Shown: positions 1 to 10,277, numbered from the stretch's first letter. The stretch: 64,000 nucleotides of DNA from Myxococcales bacterium (GCA_047601445.1 JASGJH010000001.1:1376001-1440000), one strand, 5' to 3'. Translations and numbers: made by a program. Notes: generated by a model from the sequence alone, not told the origin.

Positions 1-1
1 C

Positions 2-1477
2 CTCGAGTACCTCGCCGTGCAGGCGCTGGTGAAGAAGCTCAAGGGTCCGGTGCTGTGCCTGGTAGGTCCGCCCGGCGTCGGTAAGACGTCGCTGGCCAAG
101 AGCATCGCGCGCTCCACGGGTCGCAAGTTCGTGCGCCTGTCCCTGGGCGGCGTGCGCGACGAGGCCGAGATTCGTGGCCATCGCCGCACCTATATCGGTG
201 CCCTGCCCGGCCGCATCATCCAGTCGCTGCGCAAGGCGGGCTCGAACAACCCGGTCTTCCTGCTCGACGAGATCGACAAGATGTCGAGCGACTTCCGTGG
301 TGATCCTGCGGCGGCGCTGCTCGAGGTACTCGACCCGGAGCAGAACGGCACCTTCAACGACCACTACCTCGACCTCGACTACGACCTGAGCGACGTGATG
401 TTCGTGACCACCGCGAACTCGCTCTCGGGCATCCCGCTGCCCTTGCGGGACCGCATGGAGATCATCCAGCTCAGCGGTTACACCGAGTTCGAGAAGCTCA
501 ACATCGCCGTGAAGTACCTGGTGCCGCGTCAGCTCGAGGAGGCGGGCCTCAAGGGCTACGACATCGAGATCACCGAGAACGCCATCCGCACTATCGTGCA
601 TCACTACACGCAGGAAAGCGGCGTGCGTAACCTCGAGCGCGAGATCGGCAGCGTGTGCCGCAAGATCGCGCGCGACGTGGTGAAGCTGGGCGACGCTGCC
701 AAGCACGAGAAGATCCGCATCGCGGCCAAAGCCATCCCCAAGTACCTCGGCGTCCCCAAGTTCACCGCCAACAAGGCGGGCGAGAAGGACGAGATCGGCC
801 TCACCAACGGTCTCGCGTACATGACCTACGGAGGAGCCATCCTCGAGTGCGAGGTCACGGTGGTGGCCGGCAAGGGCAAGCTCGTGATCACGGGTCTGCT
901 CGAGAAGGGGATGCAGGAGTCGGCGCAGGCGGCGGTGAGCTACATCCGGTCGCGCCAGAAGCTCCTGGGGCTCGAAGAGGACTTCTACCAGAAGGTCGAC
1001 ATCCACATTCACTTCCCAGAGTTCGTGCCGAAGGACGGCCCGAGCGCGGGCATCACCATGGCCACCAGCATCGCCAGCGCGCTGATGAAGATCCCGGTGC
1101 GCAAGAACGTGGCGATGACGGGCGAGATCACCCTGCGTGGTCGCGTGAAGCCCATCGGTGGACTCAAGGAGAAGATGCTCGGTGCGCACCGCGCGGGCAT
1201 CGACACCGTGTTGATCCCCAAGGAAAACCGCAAGGACCTGCGCGACATCCCGCGCCGCGTGCTCAAGACCACGCGCGTGGTGATGGTGGAGCACATGGAC
1301 CAAGTGCTGCGCGAAGCCCTGGCCCTCAACGACGCCGACGAGTTCTTCGGCCACCGCGAGCGCCCGCTCGAGTACGTGGGCGGTGTGCTCGTCGACCCGA
1401 ACCAGCCCGACGCCGCGAGCGACGAGGCTCCCCTGGTGCCCGCTCCCACCGTGGAGCCCCCGGGCGCCCGGCAGTAA
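2..1477 (+). CDS. lon: ATP-dependent Lon protease (5' part lies before the window)
   Basis: Frame open from position 2 (LEYLAVQ). Walker [23 protein letters not shown], Walker B LLDEIDK, catalytic Ser in PKDGPSAG and Lys in IGGLKEK. Confidence 0.97.
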   Translation, partial: LEYLAVQALVKKLKGPVLCLVGPPGVGKTSLAKSIARSTGRKFVRLSLGGVRDEAEIRGHRRTYIGALPGRIIQSLRKAGSNNPVFLLDEIDKMSSDFRGDPAAALLEVLDPEQNGTFNDHYLDLDYDLSDVMFVTTANSLSGIPLPLRDRMEIIQLSGYTEFEKLNIAVKYLVPRQLEEAGLKGYDIEITENAIRTIVHHYTQESGVRNLEREIGSVCRKIARDVVKLGDAAKHEKIRIAAKAIPKYLGVPKFTANKAGEKDEIGLTNGLAYMTYGGAILECEVTVVAGKGKLVITGLLEKGMQESAQAAVSYIRSRQKLLGLEEDFYQKVDIHIHFPEFVPKDGPSAGITMATSIASALMKIPVRKNVAMTGEITLRGRVKPIGGLKEKMLGAHRAGIDTVLIPKENRKDLRDIPRRVLKTTRVVMVEHMDQVLREALALNDADEFFGHRERPLEYVGGVLVDPNQPDAASDEAPLVPAPTVEPPGARQ

Positions 1478-1520
1478 TCAGCCGCAATCCAGGCACTTTC
1501 ACTTTCGGGACGCCTCCCCT

Positions 1521-1549
1521 TTGCGGTCGAGGCATTCCGGAGGTAAAGA
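1521..1549 (+). promoter_or_regulatory. Possible sigma70-type promoter for the tRNA
   Basis: TTGCGG-N17-TAAAGA ending 15 nt before the tRNA. Confidence 0.35.
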
Positions 1550-1564
1550 CGCCGAGCTTCACTG

Positions 1565-1639
1565 GGGCGGGTAGCTCAGTGGCAGAGCGCCGCCCTTACA
1601 AGGCGGACGTCGCAGGTTCAATCCCTGTCCCGCCCACCA
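1565..1639 (+). tRNA. tRNA-Val (anticodon TAC)
   Basis: Acceptor stem GGGCGGG/CCCGCCC, D-arm GCTC..GAGC, anticodon arm CCGCC-CTTACAA-GGCGG, T-loop TTCAATC, encoded CCA end. Confidence 0.97.
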
Positions 1640-1797
1640 AATAGATTCAGGCAGCTCCGAGCGCCGCGGCTCCCGCCCGCGGGAGGCCTGCTCTTGCATG
1701 ACCAACATCAGCGCGAGGTGGCTGGCCCTCACAGCCGCTCGCACGCGTAGGCCATCTGCGTGGCGCAATCGCGTTCCTGCCACTGACCGTTGGTGAG

Positions 1798-1880
1798 CAC
1801 AGTCGCTGTCGCAGCGTGAGGTTTGGCCGGTGCCAATCACAGACTTCACCGGGCTCGACCACGCCGTTGCCGCAGGTGGC
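1798..1880 (-). pseudogene. Remnant of a myxobacterial Cys-rich repeat protein (TIGR02232/DUF4215-like)
   Basis: ATCGNGVVEPGEVCD in one frame continues as GTGQTSRCDSDC in another (extra base near 1835). No credible full ORF. Confidence 0.55.
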
Positions 1881-2101
1881 GCGGGGTGCGCGTGCCCCCT
1901 TGCACACGCAGTCATTCCAGCCCTGCAGGCTCTGGACCTCGCTACAGTTTTCGGCGGCGGTGAATGCGTTGGGCTCGGAGACGTGCTGAGACGGACACCC
2001 CGGCCTATCCCACCAAAGTTTCAAACACCTGCGATTTTCTGAGCGCGGTCTGCGCGGAGTCGTGTTTGGCTTGCGTGCGACTTCACTACCCCAGGAGGCG
2101 C

Positions 2102-3735
2102 ATGCGCAACCGACTCGGACAGCTCGTGGCTTGGCAGCACGTCTTGGCGTCGTTGATCGGCGTGGGCTGTAGCGGCTCCAGCGGCGACATCACCCACCAA
2201 GGTGAGCTCGATGCCGGGTCCGACGCTCAGACTCAAGCAGACGGCGACGCTCAGGTCATGCAACCTCCCTTCGAGCGCCCCGAGTACGTCCCGCACATGG
2301 GCTCATGCGGCTTCGAGCAGCCCGCGTTTTGCGACACCTTCGAGACCATCGCTGGGAAGAGCGGTCGCACCGGTGAGCTCGACGCGGCGCACTGGAGTGC
2401 CACGCGAGGCAATCCGTCGGACCATCCCGATCTCGAACAGGCCTTCCGGGTGGGTCCCGCCCTCTTGCCCGCTTGCCGCCCGGATCTCCCTGCACGAGCC
2501 TTGCCCAATGACGACATCGTGATCTGCGACCCCATCTCGACCGTGCCCACGCGTCACCTGATGACGGCGACGGCCGCCCAAAACTACGGCCTCAACGGCT
2601 ATCGCATTCGCCAGCCCTTCGACTTTTCGGGACGCACGGGAACCATCAAATTCGACGCGGATCTTCGAACAACGGCCTGGGTGGTTGGCCCGCAGTCGTG
2701 ATCTCGCAGGATCCATCGCCCGCGCCGAGCTTCGACTGGGAAGAACGGGGATCGGGTCCGCGCAACGGTGCATCGATCGAGTTCTGGGGCGGTTGGTGCA
2801 ACACGCCGCATACGCTCGAGGTCGGCCTGTTCACCTTCCGCGACTACGTGCAGACGGCCCAGCGTCCTTCGTTCGACTGCGCGACTCCACATGTGAACAC
2901 CCAGCGCGATGCCCTCAACCACGTGGAGATCTACCTCAGTCAAGAACACCTCGAGGTATGGGCTTCCGATCCCTCGCCCGATGGAGTGAACTTCCCGAAC
3001 TTCACCCTGCTCTATGCGAGCGACGTCGATCTTGAGTTCGGGCGTGGCTACGTGCAGCTCATGGTCCGCAATCACGCGACGCTCAAGTATTGGGTCGGTG
3101 CGGCGTGGGCTGTGCGCTGGGACAACGTGGGCTTCGATGGCCCCGTCGTGGGCGGGTGGCGCGAGTTCAGTGCGCTCGACTCGAACGTGCCCCTCAAGGG
3201 ACTCGAAGGCTGCATGGTGGACGGCACGTGCCGCTATCGCGGAGACGTGATCGCCGCGCATCCGATGTCCACGGACAACTCGTTCTGCCCTGCTGACTGC
3301 AAGTTCGACGGTGAGGCGCGCTACGTCGGCTATGTGGTCCCGCGCGACGACGAGCCACCCGTAAGCATCACGATCCCGGGTGTAGTCAAAGGGGGTGCGA
3401 CCGGCGCCCGGCTGGCACTGGCGGCCACCTATCCATGGTTCGAATGGAGCGGCGTCGACAAGCCCCCTACGGCCATCACCTTGCGCTACCGCCTGAACGG
3501 GGGCACCTGGCACGACCGTCCGATCAACAGCGCGGAAGCCAACGCTTTCACGGACTTCAGCCCAGACCTGGGCGGCGCCGGACACGGGGCGGGATTGCTC
3601 AATCAAATCATCGAGCTCGACCCCAACGAGCTGAAGGACGGGGACAACCGGATCGAGTTCGTGACCGCCGGTACCTGGACCGGCAGTTACCGCGCTGGAA
3701 TTGCCGCCTTGGACCTAATTCTCAGCACTCCCTAG
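2102..3735 (+). pseudogene. Secreted lipoprotein, probably beta-sandwich fold, split by a frameshift at about 2664 (real or sequencing error)
   Basis: AGGAGG before ATG 2102, lipobox-like IGVGC. Restoring one base in GATCTTCGAAC gives DLSNNGLGGWPAVVISQDP and joins ORF 1964..2701 to ORF 2698..3735. Confidence 0.65.
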
Positions 3736-3741
3736 GAAACT

Positions 3742-3769
3742 TGGTCCGTTTTCGGAGCCGAAGGTACTG
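3742..3769 (+). promoter_or_regulatory. Candidate ECF promoter, copy 1
   Basis: TGGTC-N19-ACTG just upstream of the ECF gene; 20/28 identical to 6479..6506. Confidence 0.5.
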
Positions 3770-3778
3770 GTGAGGGGA

Positions 3779-4435
3779 ATGCTGCGACTGATCCGGTCCC
3801 CCCAGGAGGGCGAAAAGCCCGAGCGTGCGAGAGCACGAGCGGAGGACCCGCTGCGCCAGGTGGCACTCGCGGCGGCCCAAGGGCAGCGGGATGCCCAGCG
3901 CACGCTGCTGGTGGCCGTGGGCCCTGCTCTCCTGCGGGCCATTCGCGGCGTGCTCGGCAGCGCCCCGCACGACGTCGAAGACACGCTTCAGGAAGCCATG
4001 GTCGCACTGCACCTCGCCATCGGAGACTTCCGCGGCGACTGCAGCACACAACACTTCGCTTGTCGCATCGCCGTGCAAACCGCGATGAACGCTCGTCGCC
4101 GCGCTGGCTATCGACGACGCCACACGCCGAGCGTCCCACCCGAAGCACTCCACGCCTTCGCAGGTGATGAGGTCTCTCCGCCCGAGCGAGTCGCCGCCCA
4201 GCGTCGGCGCGAAGTGTTGCGTCAGCTGTTGTGTGAGCTCCCGGAAGCGCAGGCCGAGGTGCTCGCATTCCATTCCGTGCTTGGCTACACGGTCGAAGAA
4301 ACCGCCAGCGCACTCGGCGTGCCCATCGACACGGTGCGCAGTCGACTCCGCAACGGACTCAGCAAGCTGCGCTCCCGCGTGGCACGCGACGCCAATCTGC
4401 TAGCGGCCCTGCAGCACATCGAGGATGAAACATGA
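3779..4435 (+). CDS. ECF RNA polymerase sigma factor
   Basis: Region 2 DVEDTLQEAMVAL..FRG..FACRIA; region 4 LPEAQAEVL..GYTVEETASALGVPIDTVRSRLRNG. Start could also be GTG 3770. Confidence 0.9.
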   Translation: MLRLIRSPQEGEKPERARARAEDPLRQVALAAAQGQRDAQRTLLVAVGPALLRAIRGVLGSAPHDVEDTLQEAMVALHLAIGDFRGDCSTQHFACRIAVQTAMNARRRAGYRRRHTPSVPPEALHAFAGDEVSPPERVAAQRRREVLRQLLCELPEAQAEVLAFHSVLGYTVEETASALGVPIDTVRSRLRNGLSKLRSRVARDANLLAALQHIEDET

Positions 4436-5364
4436 GTAACCCGGTTTCACCTCGTCCCGAGCTCGAGGACCTGAGTGTTCTCGTGCGTCGCGGACACGCT
4501 TCGCATTGCGATGAAGACGCCCTACAGGAAGGGCTCGCACGCGACGCCACCTTGCGGATCGCGCACCAGGTCGGGCTCGATCTCGATCACGAAACCTCCG
4601 TGCACTCGGGTGATGAAGAGCTGATCCTGCGCGCTGCTGATGCGGCCCTTGGTAGCTCACGGGCGGGCTCGAAGCGTGGACGCCGCATCTGGCATGTTGC
4701 AGCCGCTGCCTTCCTGGTGGTGATCCTCTCGGGCAGTGGTATCGGCGCCGCCCTGTGGGTAGCTGGCATGACCCCGTGGCAAATGCCCGGGCGCACGATC
4801 GTGGCAGGCAGCGGGCCTGCCAAGCCTCAAGCTCACAAGCCTGCACAGAGGCCGCGGGTGCAGGCTGAGGCTCTGGCACCCGCAGAGTCACCCGTGGCAG
4901 TCATCCCGGCTCCCGTCGTTCTGGAAGAGCCGGAGTCTCACCCCAGGCCCCACGCCGCCCGCACAGTGGATGCTGCCGAGCTGTTCCGTGCAGCCAACGC
5001 CGCGCGTCGAGCAGGTGCGTTTGGGCGAGCCAAGCACCTGTACAGCGAACTGCTCAGGAAGGCGCCTTGGGCTGACGAAGCTCAACTCGCCCATGTGTCG
5101 CTCGGTAAGCTGCTCCTGAGTCAGGGCCAGGTCGGCCGCGCCGAACGTGAGTTCCGACGCTATCTGGAAGCGGGCGGTGGCCCCCTGAGCGAGGAAGCGC
5201 TGTTCAATCGGGCTGAGTGTCTACAACGTCTGGGACGCGATGCCGAAGAAAAGCTGGCGTGGCGAGCACTTCTCGGTGCATATCCCGAGAGCCTCTACGC
5301 AGCACGGGCCAAACAACGCCTGGCATCCGATCCCGCTGCGAGCTCCGATCTTCCCCAGCCCTGA
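4432..5364 (+). CDS. Probable transmembrane anti-sigma factor with C-terminal TPR domain
   Basis: ATGA overlap with the sigma gene, one TM helix (IWHVAAAAFLVVIL), Pro/Ala linker, TPR-like ELFRAANAARRAG..YLEAGGGPLSEEALF..YPESLYA. Confidence 0.7.
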   Translation: MSNPVSPRPELEDLSVLVRRGHASHCDEDALQEGLARDATLRIAHQVGLDLDHETSVHSGDEELILRAADAALGSSRAGSKRGRRIWHVAAAAFLVVILSGSGIGAALWVAGMTPWQMPGRTIVAGSGPAKPQAHKPAQRPRVQAEALAPAESPVAVIPAPVVLEEPESHPRPHAARTVDAAELFRAANAARRAGAFGRAKHLYSELLRKAPWADEAQLAHVSLGKLLLSQGQVGRAEREFRRYLEAGGGPLSEEALFNRAECLQRLGRDAEEKLAWRALLGAYPESLYAARAKQRLASDPAASSDLPQP

Positions 5365-5378
5365 ACCGCTCATTCTGC

Positions 5379-6461
5379 GTGCAGAATCACGTCCTCATTC
5401 TGGCCTTGCTCACGTGGCTCGCGTGCTTGCCCAGTCACGCCCACGCACAGGCGGACGCTGCCGCAGTGGTCCTGGTGGGCGACACGCAGAACTCCGTGGC
5501 ACTCGAGCAGGCTATTGCGGAGCTCCTACAGCGTGAGGGTGTCACCCCGGCCTTCACATCGGCCGACCGATTCGCACCGGAAGCTCTGCTCGCCGAGCCC
5601 GACGGCGATGGGCGCGTACACGTGTTCATCACCTTGCCCACGCCGCTCCTGGCCAAGCTCTATCTGCGTGGCCCCCACGGGAAGCGCTTCATCCTGCGTG
5701 AGCTCGCGCTGCGTAGCGGCACGGATGAGCTCGGTTGTGAATCCATTGCCCAGGTGGTGGCCACCTCCTCGCGCGCCCTCCTGCACTCGACTGAAGGCGT
5801 GGACCGCGAGACCGCCCGGGCGAATCTCGCGCGCGATCCCCAGACGGGGCCCAGCAAGGTCGAACCCGAGCTGACTGCAGTTCCAACTCCGACCCACGCG
5901 CCTGCCCACAAGCCGACGCTTCTGGGCGTCGAGTTCGGCTTGCGCGCCAACGCAGGCTTCAGCGGCGACGACCTCGGACCACGCCTTGGCCTCGGGATCG
6001 AGTTCGGGCTGAGCGAGCTTGTAAGCGCGCGTTTCCTCTTGCGTGAGCGCGTCGTATTCGAGCAGTTCTTGCGCCAGAACTTGCACACTTCGGAACTGAC
6101 GGCCCAGGTGCGCACCAGCTCGATTCTGCTGGGTGTGGACCTGGGCATCGTGGCGGGCCAGCGCGCGTTCTTGCTCGGTCTCTCGACTGGCGCGGACCTG
6201 ATGCACATCGCGCCAGACCACGCGCGCGATGGGGGCTGGTCGCTCGCCAAGGCCGGGCTCGACAGCGTGCCCATCCTGCGCTGCGAGCTGCGCTTCGAAC
6301 GAACTGCCGCGCGCTTCTTGCTCGCTTTCTCGGCGTACGGCGACACCTCCTTGATCGCCAACTCCTACCAGGTCCGGGATGGAGGCAAGGTGCGACAAGT
6401 GGCCTCACCCTGGCGTGTCACGCCCGGTCTGGCTTTCACGCTCGGCTGGCACTCACGATAG
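5379..6461 (+). CDS. Exported hypothetical protein, C-terminal half possibly a beta-barrel
   Basis: Signal peptide ending AHA-Q after GTG 5379; alternating amphipathic strands ending FTLGW. Confidence 0.6.
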   Translation: MQNHVLILALLTWLACLPSHAHAQADAAAVVLVGDTQNSVALEQAIAELLQREGVTPAFTSADRFAPEALLAEPDGDGRVHVFITLPTPLLAKLYLRGPHGKRFILRELALRSGTDELGCESIAQVVATSSRALLHSTEGVDRETARANLARDPQTGPSKVEPELTAVPTPTHAPAHKPTLLGVEFGLRANAGFSGDDLGPRLGLGIEFGLSELVSARFLLRERVVFEQFLRQNLHTSELTAQVRTSSILLGVDLGIVAGQRAFLLGLSTGADLMHIAPDHARDGGWSLAKAGLDSVPILRCELRFERTAARFLLAFSAYGDTSLIANSYQVRDGGKVRQVASPWRVTPGLAFTLGWHSR

Positions 6462-6478
6462 AAAATCACGCGCACGAC

Positions 6479-6506
6479 TGGTCTGCTTTCCGAGCACAGG
6501 ACACTG
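6479..6506 (+). promoter_or_regulatory. Candidate ECF promoter, copy 2
   Basis: TGGTC-N19-ACTG followed by AAGGAG and ATG 6515. Confidence 0.5.
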
Positions 6507-6514
6507 AAGGAGCT

Positions 6515-8809
6515 ATGGCTCGATTCGTCAGACCCGTCTGTTTCCTGTGGGCACTATCTGCCGCTGCGTGCAGTGGCGATCACTTGCTCGCGAGTCGAGG
6601 CGATGTCGACGCGGGAGACCACGCCCCCACCGGCCCTGGTGGAGACGCAAGCACTCAGCCACCCGTCGTTTGCACCTCGACCATGGAGACCGAGACTGCA
6701 TGCACCGACGGTCTCGACGACGACTGCGACGGCTTCAGCGACTGCCTCGACACCGACTGCGATGGCGTGAGCTGCGGCGCGGACGACCTGACCTGCACCG
6801 CAGGGGCTTGTCTTCACCCGAGCGACGGTCTGCCCGAGCTGCCGCGCATCGACAACGTGCGCATCACGCAGCGCGGAGATACCGCCATCATCGAATTCGA
6901 GCCCGTGGCCGGTGCGCGCGACTACCGTATCTACCCACTCCCCAAGACGGGCGATGAAGTGCTGACCGGCACGCAGGGTGAGCTGGTAGTGAAGAACGCC
7001 ATCTATCGTTGCGCTGGCGATCGACCGTTCAAGTGGCGCAAGGACGACCCGGCCACGGCCTTCGACGCCTCCTTGAAGGGTGGCGCCAATCTCGTGAACA
7101 ACTACGAGCGTCAGGAAGCCGACTCGCTCCTCGGCTACGTCTACCTCACCCCGGGTGCCGACCGCGAACCCGTTTATCGGGTGTCGGATCCCGCAGGCCA
7201 CGGCGGCTTTCAGAATGCCGACTGGGTGGTGCCACTCACCTCCGAGTGCTTCAGCGCGGAGTATGTGATCGGTAGCGACGCCAAGGACGCACTCGTCGCC
7301 AAGGGCTGGCGCGATGACGGCATCGCGTTCTACGCGCCCACTGCCGGGACCAAGCCGGTCTATCGCAAGGAGTACAAGGACCTCTGGAACGGTCCCCACG
7401 TGACGCTCTACTTCACCGAAGGTGCGGAGTTCACCTATCGCGGCATGGAAGATCCCGCGATCGTGACGGGCTTCGGCGAGCGCTTCCGCATCTTCCCCGA
7501 CGCGCAGCCCGGAACCGTTCCGCTGCGTCGCGTGCTGTACAGCGGCAACAACTCCTTCGACGTATTGGCAGCGGGCGAGCCGCGCTACCAGCGCGTCTTG
7601 AATCAGGGCAATCAACCACTTTGGTCCCTCACCTGGCCAGGGCTCACGGAGAAGACCGTGTTGGTCGTCGAGGCCCTCGATCAGGGCTGCCCCTTTCCCA
7701 ACGGCTACATCGCTTCCCACGACGCTCCCAAGGACGACTTCAATTTCCCCTCGCTGTCCCTCGACAAGGCGCGCCTGGCGAGCGGCGAGGTGTTCATCAA
7801 CGGACAGTTCGACCCCGCCAACCGTCCGAAGCCCGTGGCCCGTGCCTACGTCGAAGTCACGCCCAAGCCCGACCCGGACATGGACTGGTTCGAGGGCTTC
7901 GATCCCGGGGCGCCCTGGGAGCCCTTCGAAATCGCATCCGGCAACAACGGCGTGTTCATCTACCGCAACAGCAAGTGGGCCGCCGACTTTTCCGGGTGCA
8001 GCAACAACCTCACCTTCGGCCCCTTCTTGGGTCAGCTCTGGTCCGGCTTCACCGACTTCGGCTCGAGCTGCAACATGAGCATCATCCCGCTCGACGTCGC
8101 GCCGAAGATCGCCAACGACAAGTTCATGCACGTGCGCATGTCGACCACGGTTCCCTCCACGGGCCGTCGCTACCCGCAGCTCATGATCACCACCACGGAC
8201 GTGCTCAATCCGGGCGATGTGCAGCCACTCGACAGCGTACCGCTGCATGCCCGCCTCGGACCGTTTTCCTTCGACATGAAGCCGCCGGGAGACGAACGCA
8301 CGATCGTCGTGCAGCCGTTTGGCGGCTATCACGAGCTGGAGATCGAGTTCTGCGACGGCACCGGGTGGGGCGTATCTCAGCAGTGTCCGCGCGCCAACAT
8401 CTACGGCCATCACGCTGGCGACTACACGGAGACCTGGGAGAGTCCGTGGCTGCCCGTCCCGGTCGTGGGTGACCTCGCCGGTTTCGATCGGCCCGTGCAG
8501 TTCGATGTCTACGCCTCCACCGACCGCGTCTATGTTTTCATGGACGACAAGCCCGCCGGCTGCGCGGTGCTTCCGGCCGGACGCATGCCTGCCGGCGACG
8601 TGAATGTCGCGTTCCGGGGCGTGCTCTACCACTCGGGCATCGATGAATCGGTCGTCGGTGAGGACTCACCTCATCAGTACCTGCGTCGCTACAGCCTCTC
8701 TCATATCGACCGCCCGATGGACGACCTCGGCATCGACATGGGCGTGGATGCGCCGGCCTGGAACGAGCAGCTCCTGCCATGCGGCACACGCTGGTACGGT
8801 GGACCGTAG
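6515..8809 (+). CDS. Large lipoprotein of unknown function (Cys/Asp-rich motif, DUF5648-like repeats, beta-rich C-terminus)
   Basis: AAGGAG RBS, lipobox AAAC, CTDGLDDDCDGFSDCLDTDC, repeats such as GWRDDGIAFYAPTAGTKPVYR and PGTVPLRR. Confidence 0.75.
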   Translation: MARFVRPVCFLWALSAAACSGDHLLASRGDVDAGDHAPTGPGGDASTQPPVVCTSTMETETACTDGLDDDCDGFSDCLDTDCDGVSCGADDLTCTAGACLHPSDGLPELPRIDNVRITQRGDTAIIEFEPVAGARDYRIYPLPKTGDEVLTGTQGELVVKNAIYRCAGDRPFKWRKDDPATAFDASLKGGANLVNNYERQEADSLLGYVYLTPGADREPVYRVSDPAGHGGFQNADWVVPLTSECFSAEYVIGSDAKDALVAKGWRDDGIAFYAPTAGTKPVYRKEYKDLWNGPHVTLYFTEGAEFTYRGMEDPAIVTGFGERFRIFPDAQPGTVPLRRVLYSGNNSFDVLAAGEPRYQRVLNQGNQPLWSLTWPGLTEKTVLVVEALDQGCPFPNGYIASHDAPKDDFNFPSLSLDKARLASGEVFINGQFDPANRPKPVARAYVEVTPKPDPDMDWFEGFDPGAPWEPFEIASGNNGVFIYRNSKWAADFSGCSNNLTFGPFLGQLWSGFTDFGSSCNMSIIPLDVAPKIANDKFMHVRMSTTVPSTGRRYPQLMITTTDVLNPGDVQPLDSVPLHARLGPFSFDMKPPGDERTIVVQPFGGYHELEIEFCDGTGWGVSQQCPRANIYGHHAGDYTETWESPWLPVPVVGDLAGFDRPVQFDVYASTDRVYVFMDDKPAGCAVLPAGRMPAGDVNVAFRGVLYHSGIDESVVGEDSPHQYLRRYSLSHIDRPMDDLGIDMGVDAPAWNEQLLPCGTRWYGGP

Positions 8810-8821
8810 GGGCCCGCGGCC

Positions 8822-10234
8822 ATGCTGCTACGTCGCATCGTCCTGCTGCTTCTCGTGTTGGCTGCCTGCGAGGGCGCTTCGCACGGGGAGCTCCTCGACG
8901 CGAACCAAACGGTAGAGGCCGGCGCGGACGACGCGAGCGCAACCGATGCAGCGCTCCCGCTGATCACGACCGAGCAGTGGGCGACCCTGCAAACCCTTCG
9001 CTACGACGACGGCGCTCCCCCGCCCGACCCTAGCAATCGCTTCGCCGACGACCCTGCGGCCGCGCGCTTCGGTCGGACCCTGTTCTTCGATCCCAGCCTG
9101 TCGGGTCCCTTGATCGAAGCGGACAACGATGGCGGCCCCGCCACGCTCGGCAAGCAAGGCGAGGCCGGCCGCGTCAGCTGCGCAGGCTGTCACGTTCCGA
9201 GTGCACACTTCGTGGATACGCGGAGCCCCCACCGCTCGATTTCGCTCGCTGCCCAGTGGACCCGTCGTCGCACGCCGACGTTGCTCGAGATCGCCTTCGC
9301 ACCTCTGTACAACTGGGATGGTCGTCGTGACTCCATCTGGGGCCAGGCCTTGGGCGTAATGGAGAGCGAGAATGAGTTCAACTCCGGGCGCTTGTTCGTC
9401 GCACAGCAAATCTTTCGCCTGCATCGCGCCAGCTACGAGGCGCTGTTTGGTCCCTTGCCACCTCTCGATGACAGCGAGCGTTTCCCCGCGCTGGCGAGCG
9501 AGCAGGCCGGATGCGCGGAGAAGCTGACCTCATCGGGTTCCGTTCACATTTGTCACGGCCGACCCGGCGATGGTGACGAGTACGACGGCATGAGTGCAGG
9601 GGATCGAGACCTGGTTACGCGCGTAGCCGTCAACGTAGCCAAGGCCATGGCAGCCTATGTACGCCAGCTACGCTGCGGACCGGGGCGCTTCGACAGCTGG
9701 CTTGCCGGTGCGGACGACGCGCTCGACGCGAGCGAACAGCGAGGGGCCGCACTCTTCGTCGGTCGCGGACAGTGCGTGAGTTGTCACTCTGGCCCTCGGT
9801 TCACGGACGGCCAATTCCACAACGCCGGGCTCGCACCCGCGCTGGTTGCCGTGGCGTTCGTGGACGCGGACGATCGGGGTGCTGCCGAAGGCCTGGCTCA
9901 GCTCCTCGCCGATCCACTCAACACGCGGGGCGCCTATAGTGACGGCGAGCGCGCCGTACTGCCTGCGACGCTCGGGCCCAACCTCGAGGGGGGCTTTCGA
10001 ACCCCCACCTTGCGCTGCATCGCAGAGCAACCGAGCTTTATGCATACCGGGCAACTCAAGACACTGGAGCAGGTCGTCGCGTTTCATGACCGCGGTGGCG
10101 ACGGCATGGGAAACTATCCGGGACAGAACGAGTTGAAGCCGCTCGGGCTGAGTGAGGGTGAGCAAAGTGACCTGGCTGCATTCCTGCGCACGTTGCAAGG
10201 TGCGGGGCCTGAGAGCGCGCTGTTGGTGCCTTGA
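8822..10234 (+). CDS. Di-heme cytochrome c peroxidase/MauG family lipoprotein
   Basis: Lipobox LAAC, GRTLFFDPSLS, heme motifs CAGCH and CVSCH, NWDGR, FRTPTLR..FMHTG. Confidence 0.88.
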   Translation: MLLRRIVLLLLVLAACEGASHGELLDANQTVEAGADDASATDAALPLITTEQWATLQTLRYDDGAPPPDPSNRFADDPAAARFGRTLFFDPSLSGPLIEADNDGGPATLGKQGEAGRVSCAGCHVPSAHFVDTRSPHRSISLAAQWTRRRTPTLLEIAFAPLYNWDGRRDSIWGQALGVMESENEFNSGRLFVAQQIFRLHRASYEALFGPLPPLDDSERFPALASEQAGCAEKLTSSGSVHICHGRPGDGDEYDGMSAGDRDLVTRVAVNVAKAMAAYVRQLRCGPGRFDSWLAGADDALDASEQRGAALFVGRGQCVSCHSGPRFTDGQFHNAGLAPALVAVAFVDADDRGAAEGLAQLLADPLNTRGAYSDGERAVLPATLGPNLEGGFRTPTLRCIAEQPSFMHTGQLKTLEQVVAFHDRGGDGMGNYPGQNELKPLGLSEGEQSDLAAFLRTLQGAGPESALLVP

Positions 10235-10277
10235 GAGTCGACAGTCACGGCTGGAGCGCTGAATTCGCCTCGAGCCA

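Noticed and set aside
1670..1685. Intrinsic terminator after the tRNA
   Set aside because: Only a 6-bp stem and no U-tract.
6554..8632. Long antisense ORFs (also 20429..22696, 24031..25611, 34527..36272, 39279..40721, 40580..42457, 49449..51110)
   Set aside because: Shadows of motif-bearing genes on the other strand; expected at high GC3; no family motifs.
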